From Antedon mediterranea (lineage: Eukaryota > Animalia > Echinodermata): DNA of 64,000 nt. The position numbers were made by a program, and so were the translations under genes. This document shows, in pieces, positions 24,661-36,600 of this stretch (the first letter of the stretch is position 1; every line of letters starts with the position of its first letter). The notes below the pieces were generated by a model. The model was not told the DNA's origin, ran no database searches, and saw only the letters and a program-made list of their open reading frames with translations. The stretch spans positions 18,613,237-18,677,236 of the forward strand of contig NC_092672.1 in assembly GCF_964355755.1 (NCBI RefSeq). Direction: 5' to 3'.

Positions 24661-26075
24661 ACGTAAATTAAAGTTTTTTTGTATTAAAAACGAACACAGA
24701 AACTACATCCATATTTAGTAGCACTCAATGCTGAATGCATGTTTGAGGTTGGTTAGTTTCAGTTTTTCTTTCTTAAACAATCACATACAAGCTACAAGAT
24801 GTTTTACTTCTGAACATGCATCTTTTATTCATTCTTACAAATACAGTAGTACTTACTACAGTACTCCCTAGTTGACATGCAATATAACATTCAGTATCAA
24901 AGGTCTTAAATTACTCTACATACAAAAATGTACATTAAAAAAATTATACACGTACAGTATTTAATGGATAAAGGAGATACACAACTCCCATCCATTAACC
25001 CTCTTTTAATTCAACAATAATAATAATACTGTCTTTATTAGTTTAAACATGTGACCTATACACATGTGACCTTTTTACTATCATAATTGTTAAAAACCAT
25101 CAAATCAAACCGGATGATACAAAGTCATAAATCCAACTTGTATGTAATCATAAACAAAGTATAATAATAAATGTACTTAAAATAAAAAAAAAACCACCAT
25201 TATATTAATTAATCTGTTTTTGTTTTTTAATTTATAACGGCACACAATTCCTTATAAATAAAAGTATAGTCAAGAATGCATTTATTGTTGTTGAAATGGT
25301 TGTCATAGTACAACAACCAAAACCTGAACTTTAGTGTGTTCTCATAGGAATCACATGGTGTACAGAAAAGGTCCAAACCTACTTTAATTTTGGTTCTTGT
25401 ATATATTGATATGTTACTTATATGAAATTTCTGATTTTAAATAAAAATAACCATGTTATCCCTGACATTACACACATTGTTTTGGTGAATCCTTGTACCG
25501 CATCTCATTCAAGATGCTTTTCACTGCATTCAGTGTTCCAAACAGTAACATGTGGGTACAGCATCTTTGTTTGATTTATACATGTTATAAACCAACGCCA
25601 TTAAGTGTGTAATACATTGCTTTGTTTGATTTATAATATCCTTACAATTACTTTTTAAATTTTTGTTTTACAGAAAGCAACATTGTGAAGTAATTATGTT
25701 GGACTCTTGAAAGGTGGCAAAAAGCAGCACATTTCACAACTTTCAAACAATAACAATAACGTAATGGAATGGAAGACAGTTGAAAAATGAAAATATAGAA
25801 AGACAAGATATAAAACCAATTTTAATTGATTTTGTTAACATAGGGAAACTATTAAGCAAGAGTGAAGTTTAGATCTGTCATAATTAGTTCTCTTGAACGT
25901 CATCAGAATATACTAATTGTATTCATAATGACAAAACATATTGTCTGTAGGAGTATTCTGTGACATACATTGTAGCTAATTATGGTTATAGATTACTCTT
26001 TTAAGATCAAGACTAATGGCCTACCAGTTATTTAACACTAAATATGCATAATAATGTTATTGCTTGGTTACAAAA

Positions 26076-26197
26076 CAAATGTGGTATAGACATTCTAAGT
26101 TGGACATGGTGGAGAGAGACCAGGTAACTACTGTACAAATGTGGTATAGACATTCTAACTTGGACATGGTGGAGAGAGACCAGGTAACTACTGTACA
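26076..26197. repeat. 60-bp tandem duplication downstream of the GIT stop (probable 3' UTR)
   Basis: caaatgtggtatagacattctaa.ttggacatggtggagagagaccaggtaactactgta, twice. Confidence 0.9.
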
Positions 26198-27691
26198 CAT
26201 CATTAGTAGGCCACTATTCTTTCACCAAGCTAAACAATTGACAACTACTTCATTAATTAATAATATTCAAAGCAATTAAGATGTCTAATGTAGATGTAGT
26301 ACCATACAAAAGAATGTTATCTTCACTTTGATTATACTAAAATAAATTTAAAAAATGTATTATTGAAGGGTAATTCTCAATTTCATCAACTTAGTTAAAC
26401 AATTAAATTGTATTTAATGTAATAATGTATTTGATATTAAAACAAATGAAAACAACCACCAACTTAAGTTTCTTGTTTTGTTTCCTTTCAGTTTTCCAAA
26501 TGTCACTGTTTATTGTTTCCTTCCCTTTTTTGTTTCATGTTCAACACAATCCTATTTAATATATTTCTTCTCTACATAAATTTATAATCAATACACTTTG
26601 ATTAATATTGGATATAACAATTTGAATAACATAAAGTATTGGTATATATATCATGTATCAAATAATTATAATAAACTTGTATTTGTGATAATTTAACTTA
26701 CACATTTCACATTATTTAAGTTATTCACATTTTGGATAAACAGACTAAACGTAAGATGTTATTAAAACTATAGCTATATACATTGTTTACATCTTGTCTA
26801 TGGTATGTCCTACCTTCTAAAAATGAATTAACCTTATTAAAAGCATACATATAATTGATATTAAATATTGAAAATAACAAAATTATATAAATATTATATA
26901 TTACAAAAACTCTGGTGGGCCATATAAATATCATTGTAGTTAGCAGGCTTATATTGTGCATACACTTTGAGTTGAATTCTGGTATGATTTTTTAATTGAA
27001 AATGACAATGATTTATAATAAATTTTGTTTTGTAATAAATCTACGCAACTGGTTGAAAGATGTTTCCAAAAATGTTTTTAAGCTCCAAACTGATTTGACA
27101 TCAAAAGTATATTCCATAAATAAATGGATAAATAAGTTTAATGAGTTTAATAACAAGCATGGACATATAGAACTTATACAGTATATCCATGGTAACAGTA
27201 TTGGCCAGTAGCCTTGGCCATGCATTGGGACACTCATACATTGTAGCCAATGTTCGAACAACAAAACAAGCAGGAAGATTCAGTTTGGGAGGGTAGAAGA
27301 AGGAGAGGCCAATTCAAACAAATATTCACCTGTGCATAAGGTACACTGTTGCATTAAGTATCAGACCTTTCTTTGGTTGATTTAACGTGCATTAAAATTT
27401 GAAATCTTTTAAGTATCCTCACAAGCCCTCTTTTTATATTTTATTCAGGTCATTTTTTTTTTCTTCCTTTAGAAACTAGCTAGGGTAAGACCTAGCTTGG
27501 CTATCTCAGGTCTTATTCAAACACCGTACACATGATTTTAAATGTAGAGCATGCATGTAGCAGCCTACAGTATGTCTAAGTGGTCAGCAGTCACTGTGTC
27601 TTAAAATCGAAATACATTTAGCAACAAGACTTCATCTCATTCATCTACCATCACCAAAATGAAGACTCCCTGTTCACTATCACTTGTTCTT

Positions 27692-30600
27692 TTATTGATA
27701 CATTGTAACTAAGCTTTTTGCAGCCTTTGCAATATCATAAGCACATGCTATAACCTGTGATGTTATTGTTTCTGTTGTTGTACCTTCCATATTCATGTTT
27801 TTGCATTCCATTTGTAAACGATTAGCTGTTGACACAAGAAGCCTGACTGGTACGCGTACATTCTCATGTTTAGATTTCTAACAAAAAATAATAAACAAAA
27901 CAATAGTTTTATTGAAATTAATGTACAAATTAAATGGCATAATAAACATTTTTTAAGTTGATATAATTATCATCTTTACATAAAGATGGACAATCTGCAC
28001 ATGGTTACATTTTAGTTACTAATTCTCAAGACAGTAGCCAGGATTTTAACAGGGATTTGTTTTTCACAAAGCGGAAAAATCATCATGTGATAGGCTAGTT
28101 AGGCTTATTTACTATACTTTCGCTGCTGATCTCTAGTTTGAAAAAGGCATGTCAGAAAAAAAGGAACTTCGTTCGGACATTACAACTCTCAACCTTGATT
28201 CCTATATGTTTATTAGCATTAGAAGCATAATGTAAATATATATTTACCTCTGGGAATAGGTCCACTGTTTCTTTGACAGCTGCATATATTTTTTCTGAAC
28301 ATGGTATATAACTGAAAATGAAAAGTATATAAAATGTTTATTCACTAAAAGTATTGCTAAATACTTTACTCTAGTGTATATAATAAATATAGTATTCTTG
28401 AATCATTCTTGAATTCATTAGTAATGGTTGATATAATAAAATGTTGCAAGTCAAAAAAAGCATCTTTATTAGTTTATTTACATTAATAATTATTATTATT
28501 ATTATGAATCAGAATAATTTATAGATGGGCATAAATTGTATATCATATTTATATGTAAGAAGGTGTTATATGGCATTTCATAAAACTAAATTTGTTTATA
28601 AATGTCATATCATTGGTACTGTTTGATTATAAACTGACTGGCTTTTGCTCCTACAATGGCCAAATACTGAGTACTGAAATGCTTTATTTGTCCATTATCA
28701 TATGATAACAATAGGAGTTCTTCCTAAAGATTGGTAAATATTACGATAAAAAACAGATAAAAATAAAATAAGATATTAATACATAGAAAACACAAACACT
28801 ATTGCACAAAAATTTGGAAGTTAAAATACGATATAAAAAGGCAAAACATTAAAAAGTGTTTAAAAAGTTTCATTTATATAGTATAGTATTAAATAAAATA
28901 CAGTATTTTATCGCTGGCAACATGAATTAATAAAAGAACTTTGTATTCTACCATTGCATTTGATTATAAAGTATTTGTTAAGGGAGTGATTAAGTTTTTC
29001 TTGTAATGCGATTCAAACAGAACGATATAATAATTTGGATCATAGTGGCAGTGATGCTTCTCTAACAGAAAATAAAACAATTTAGCACTTTTAATGTTAG
29101 TCACTCCACTTCCCTTTAGATACTTACTATTCTACTTGATTGTCTTTTAATGTTTAGTCACTCCACTTCCCTTTAGATACTTACTATTCTACTTGATTGT
29201 CTTTTAATGTTTAGTCACTCCACTTTCTTTAGATACTTACTATTCTACTTGATTGTCTTTTAATGTTTAGTCACTCCACTTTCCTTTAGATACTTACTAT
29301 TCTACTTGATTGTCTTTTAATGTTTAGTCACTCCACTTTCCTTTAGATACTTACTATTCTACTTGATTGTCTTTTGCTGCAGATAAAAGTTCTTGAATTT
29401 TCTTGGTAATAATACCCATTTGAGCAACAACCTCATCTTTTGTTGGTCCCTTCTCTTCAAGTTGATCTGTTGTCTCCTCTGACACAGGAGACAGGTCTGT
29501 AATTTGTGAGGTAGGATGAGATAGGCCAGCTGATGTAGGTGGTGTAATAGTTACAGACGGCATATCATGACTGTGGTAGAAGAACAATGTTTAGGAAATA
29601 TAAAAAGCGTTTGAAATAAAGTTTGGAGGATGTCAAACATAACTGGGTAATCTATTTCATAGGACTCAATAATAACTATATAAGGCGTCTAAAGGCTTCA
29701 CATTATAACTCTGGTAATTTTGGTTCAAACATTTTGCAGATAGTTTGACCTTACTAGGTACCTGTTTGTAAACCTGGGTGGAGAGAGGCAAACAAAGTAA
29801 AGTGTCTTGCCTAATGACACAAGCAACGCATAGGACTTGAAACTGCCATCAGCAGTCCAATGTTTAAGACACTACACCACATGCTCTCACTAGGTTCCAA
29901 TTTGCAGAAATATTCATTATACATACCTGGAAGGATCCTGATTGTGTGTGTTTTCATAATCACTGCCTGTTGTACTCAATGGCCTATCACTTGAACCACT
30001 ATCCTAAAAATATAAAAACAACAATAGAGTTAGAAAGTCAAATTTCATCTGGTTTTACAATAGGTTGAGAATGAAACCTGTCACGTTTCAAAACGTTCTG
30101 TAAGTTCGCTTATAATTTTATGGTTTTTACAAAAAGAATTCTTTGTTTAGAGTTAGGAAGTTTGTTACAAAAGGTTTGTGTAAATCCTTCATCTTCAAGA
30201 TACACACAAAATTGATTAGCTTTCACAATTCATGTCATCAATAAATTGAAAAACAAAAGTGACTATGGAACCATTAATAATCTTAGTAAGAAACAATATT
30301 TATATCCAGTGTTGAGGAGGAAGAGGATTTGAATTTTAAATTTAGGCAATGTATTTCTCATATTATGCAATACACAACAACTGACTTCAGATGGGATCCT
30401 ATCCATGGATTGAAGCGTTGGTCTATTCTGCATTACTTCTTGTAGTTCTTCTGTTGATGGAGTTTTTCCTCCAACTTGTTTCCATGGTAACTTGCTTGTG
30501 TACCTTGATTCATACATTGACATAGGGCGACCAGATCCCACAGGAGCAGAACGACCTAGAGACTCGGTTCTCTGTTTTGGTTTTTCTTCTGGCTGGACAA

Positions 30601-33600
30601 CGGATACCAGACTTTGTTGACGTAATTTTGAATTTTCTTCCATTAAATTTTGTACCTAGTGACAACATAAAAACTTAATGAATGTGTATAAACATCATTA
30701 TTTCAACAGAAAACAGAATAATCACACTTTAACCCACAATAGATTGTAGGACATGGATTTCAATATACTGTACAATCACACATTAACCCACCATAGACTG
30801 TAGGACATGGATTTCAATATACTGTACAATAATCACACATTAACCCACCATAGACTGTAGGACATGGATTTCAATATACTGTACAATAATCACACATTAA
30901 CCCACCATAGACTGTAGGACATGGATTTCAATATACTGTACAATAATCACACATTAACCCACCATAGACTGTAGGACATGGATTTCAATATACTGTACAA
31001 TAATCACACATTAACATACCATAGGTTGTAGGACATGGATTTCAATATACTGTACAATAATCACACATTAACATACCATAGGTTGTAGGACATGGATTTC
31101 AATATACTGTACAATAATCACAAATTAACATACCATAGGTTGTAGGACATGGATTTTCAAAACACATTATTCACACATTAACAAACCATAGACTGTAGGA
31201 CATGGCTTTCAATTCACACTAATCACACCATTCTGTAGAACATGGATTTCAATATATATTATTTACAAATTAACACATCATAGACTGTAATACATGACAT
31301 TCAATCACACATGAACATACCATAGACTGTAGGACATGGATTTCTTGGTTCATTTTCTTATTCATTGTAAGTAACTGTGTCACTCTATTCTCTGATGCTG
31401 TTAGTTTACGTTTCACATCTAAGTATTCGTCTAAAGTGATTGGTCCATCAGAAAGGTCAGCTGAGACTAAGCTCTGCAAAATAAAGGATTCATAATTGTG
31501 TATGACTGTAATAATAACGTATTCAATTATTATGTTTCAATTTCAATTCACTTTTATTTCGGAAGTCCATATCAACAACAAAAATAATAATACAAATACA
31601 TACAAGGTATTAAAAGTACAGGTACTGATAAAAAAAGATTATTATGAATTTAGGTAGTTCTTCTCCTATAGTTTTAAATCTTTAAGCATTTGAGAATCAA
31701 CACAAGTGATAGTGAATTGTAACTATTATCCACGTTAGATTTAAAACTAAGATAGATTTACAAATGTACTATTCTAATAAAAGGAGGCAACATGATTCTC
31801 CACAAATATTTCATTAGTACTAAGCATTGTAACCCCTGGCATGCCTTAAAATCATTCTAAAAGCATTGTTGTAACAAACCTGAAGGGACTTCACATTAAA
31901 GTCACACCACAATGGACACACAATACATACTTCTAAGACAGTATGACTTAAACAATAAAATCTTAACACCAGTGGAGCATTTAATAAACTTCCTGCATAG
32001 AAAATTACCTCTGATGCATAATGATTGATATTGTCTTTTGATATCTCATCTCTAGTATCATTACTAATTACACAACCAAGGTGGTAGTGGATTGTAATTT
32101 ACAACGTAATTTAGTTCTTTGTCACACAAGAAAAAAAGTACCATTATGTACTCTAGTTTTGGGACAAAAACACATGCAAATAAATTTATTAGAATTATTC
32201 TATAACACATCAAATGTATAGCAAAGGATTCACAAATGTTAACGTTCTTTTGGAAGGCATCGAATAAGGGTACAAGCAACACCCTATCGCCATAACAAAG
32301 GCATCTAATAAGGGTGCAAGCAACACCCTATCGCCATAACAAAGGTTGTTAAACTTATGTTATTGAGCTCACATCTAAAATTACAATCATTGAGCAAAGT
32401 ATTTAATCTATCAATGTAAACATTGTATAGCAAATAAGACATACAGTAACTATGCCCTCCCTAACTCCATCCAATAACTTTGAAACCACAATACATGGAG
32501 TTATACCCATCCAACGAAAAATAATTGTTTCTGATACCAAGATTTTGAAACTCTATAAAAGCAATAAAATTTTTACCCCCATGACCAATGATTTACTCAG
32601 TTGAACGCTTTACTAGCGTCCTTAAAACCAGCAAACACTAAACTTCCATTTCTATTATAATATTCGGTCTCCTTGATGACAAAAATACACAAAAATTAAT
32701 TAATAACCCATGACCCAATATTTAATTTCAAATATTTTAGAAATAAATATGGCTGTCAATGACATGACCCTTAGTGGCCCCGTGTATTTATTGTGGATGT
32801 ACGCTGTATAATATTCTATTATCATCATGATTTGTGTGAACAAAAGTTGGTAATGAATAGACACTTTTCACTTGCAAACAAATAATGGTTAAAAGAAACA
32901 ACACTGTTTTAGTTGTATTTCTTTTGTAGATTATCTATGGAAACATACCTGAGTATCATCTTTTGTAATTTGGTTAACCGGTTCAATAGTCTCAACTTGT
33001 GATTGGTCTAGATCTTGGTAGTCATCCTCCGCCACAACATCATAAATTGGGTCACCATCACTAATGACACTTGGGATGCCCCGCCCATCATTACTTGATT
33101 CTGAAAATGAAAAAATAAATGAAAACACTCATGAGTGAAGTACAAGTATTGATTTGATGATATTGTTGATATTTCAGGCTATAAAAAATAAACATTTTTC
33201 TTTTTTTTTTATTTGTAAAGTTATTAATAAACCAATTTTCTTGAATTTTAATAGGCATGCTCTTCTGTAAGTATATACCTATTTACACCAGAAATGTTTG
33301 AATGATAACTTTAAAATTGTAGGTGCTAACGTGCTAACAACAAACAAAGCATGTACTATACTTGGTCAAATTTCATTTTTGCCAAGTAACAAACTAGATT
33401 TTAAAAACTACTTTTTCAATGTACTGTAATTTAGTTTATCTAGTTATCTTGAAAATAGTTTGGTTAAGTTCAATTAACTAAATTTACAAGTGATAACACA
33501 AACTGAACAACTCAACAAATACAGTACAAACTGTTACTTTACAGATAATGTTACGTTATAAAAATGTAAAACCAATTCTGCAATCAATGTTCACTTAAGA

Positions 33601-36600
33601 ATAGCTTCCCAAGAAACTTTGTGATCAATGTTCAATAGATTCACAGGGCACAAAATATAATCAATATTCATTAGTATAGATTAAACAGGGCAATATGTGC
33701 ATGATGTTCATTCCTGATGGCAATAATTGAGAGTAGTATTTTGTACTTACCATCAGCAGAAGACTTTGATGAAAGCGTTCCTTTTTGTCGTCTTTTTGCT
33801 TCTTTTAAGATGTCTACAATCAATGTAGCAAATTCCCTAGCATTGAACCTGGCAAGTTTTTGTCGTCCCTGTGATGTGAATAAATAAAATCGTCTACTGT
33901 AATTAAGATCATTAGATAGCATGTGTGAAAATATATCTAAAATCAGCTATTTGTTTCAAATTATAAAGGATGATTAATTAAAAAACAAAACGTTTCCTTC
34001 AAAACAACTTGTTTATTTAAATACCTCTTCCATACTGTCATGGGTTGCATCTATTACCACACTAGATCAATTTCAAATACAATAAAACCTCTAAAAGAAG
34101 CCCATCCCAAACATAAAAGCCCCAACCCTTCTCACCTTACTATCAATGCTTTGCAATGTAATTTTGAAAAAGAAGACCATCTTGAAAAGAACCTATTTAA
34201 AAAAAAGCCTAATCAAAAGTCCTAAGAATATTTACATTTTACGGCATTGGCCACTTAAGAAAGTAATGTTATATCTTAGAGAATAATAACCAACCCTAGT
34301 TACAGAAACACAAAGCTATTTACACTGAGAAAACCAATAGGAGGAACTACATTTCCGCATTATTATTGTTATTGTAAAACAAGTACAGTACAATCATTGT
34401 GGCTGATATTGATGGTCTTACCTGATTTCTTGTGGATGATAATTCAGGATTAAGTGGCAAGAATGGTACTGTACGATCTCCTAAGATACCAGAAGATTGA
34501 GTTTGTTTTGAGATCCAAACTAAATTAAATATGGAGAAGGTAACATTATATTAGAACAAACAGTCTGAAATTAATAATTTTAATTCTTTAGGTGCATACA
34601 ATGGCATTGGAACACCTCACTTTGTTGCTAGAAACTAGTTACATCATGGTAATTCTTTAGGTGCATTCAATGGCATTGGAACACCTCACTTTGTTGCTAG
34701 AAACTAGTTATATCATGGTAATTCTTTAGGTGCATTCAATGGCATTGGAACACCTCACTTTGTTGCTAGAAACTAGTTACATCATGGTAATTCTTTAGGT
34801 GCATTCAATGGCATTGGAACACGTCACTTTGTTGCTAGAAACTAGTTACATCATGGTAATTCTTTAGGTGCATTCAATGGCATTGGAACACGTCACTTTG
34901 TTGCTAGAAACTAGTTACATCATGGTAATTCTTTAGGTGCATTCAATGGCATTGGAACACGTCACTTTGTTGCTAGAAACTAGTTACATCATGGTAATTC
35001 TTTAGGTGCATTCAATGGCATTGGAACATGTCACTTTGTTGCTAGAAACTAGTTACATCATGGTAATTCTTTAGGTGCATTCAATGGCATTGGAACATGT
35101 CACTTTGTTGCTAGAAACTAGTTACATCATGGTAATTCTTTAGGTGCATTCAATGGCATTGGAACACGTCACTTTGTTGCTAGAAACTAGTTACATCATG
35201 GTAATTCTTTAGGTGCATTCAATGGCATTGGAACACGTCACTTTGTTACTAGAAACTAGTTACATCATGGTAATTCTTTAGGTGCATACTATGGCATTGG
35301 AACACGTCACTTTGTTACTAGAAACTAGTTACATCATGGTAATTCTTTAGGTGCATTCAATGGCATTGGAACACGTCACTTTGTTGCTAGAAACTAGTTA
35401 CATCATGGTAATTCTTTAGGTGCATGCAATGGCATTGGAACACGTCACTTTGTTGCTAGAAACTAGTTACATCATGGTAATTCTTTAGGTGCATTCAATG
35501 GCATTGGAACACGTCACTTTGTTGCTAGAAACTAGTTACATCATGGTAATTCTTTAGATGCATTCAATGGCATTGGAACACGTCACTTTGTTACTAGAAA
35601 CTAGTTACATCATGGTAATTCTTTAGGTGCATTCAATGGCATTGGAACACGTCACTTTGTTGCTAGAAACTAGTTACATCATGGTAATTCTTTAGGTGCA
35701 TTCAATGGCATTGGAACACGTCACTTTGTTACTAGAAACTAGTTACATCATGGTAATTCTTTAGGTGCATTCAATGGCATTGGAACACGTCACTTTGTTG
35801 CTAGAAACTAGTTACATCATGGTAATTCTTTAGGTGCATTCAATGGCATTGGAACACCTCACTTTGTTACTAGAAACTAGTTACATCATGGTAATTCTTT
35901 AGGTGCATTCAATGGCATTGGAACACGTCACTTTGTTGCTAGAAACTAGTTACATCATGGTAATTCTTTAGGTGCATTCAATGGCATTGGAACACGTCAC
36001 TTTGTTGCTAGAAACTAGTTACATCATGGTAATTCTTTAGGTGCATTCAATGGCATTGGAACACGTCACTTTGTTGCTAGAAACTAGTTACATCATGGTA
36101 ATTCTTTAGGTGCATTCAATGGCATTGGAACACCTCACTTTGTTACTAGAAACTAGTTACATCATGGTAATTCTTTAGGTGCATTCAATGGCATTGGAAC
36201 ACGTCACTTTGTTGCTAGAAACTAGTTACATCATGGTAATTCTTTAGGTGCATTCAATGGCATTGGAACACGTCACTTTGTTGCTAGAAACTAGTTACAT
36301 CATGGTAATTCTTTAGGTGCATTCAATGGCATTGGAACACGTCACTTTGTTGCTAGAAACTAGTTACATCATGGTAATTCTTTAGGTGCATACAATAGCA
36401 TTGGAACACGTCACTTTGTTGCTAGAAACTAGTTACATCATGGTAATTCTTTAGGTGCATTCAATGGCATTGGAACACCTCACTTTGTTGCTAGAAACTA
36501 GTTACATCATGGTAATTCTTTAGGTGCATTCAATGGCATTGGAACACGTCACTTTGTTGCTAGAAACTAGTTACATCATGGTAATTCTTTAGGTGCATTC

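Noticed and set aside
32597-32620. 24-nt candidate GIT micro-exon (aag|GACGCT...TGA|gtaaat)
   Set aside because: It has an in-frame stop and a weak donor, with no support.
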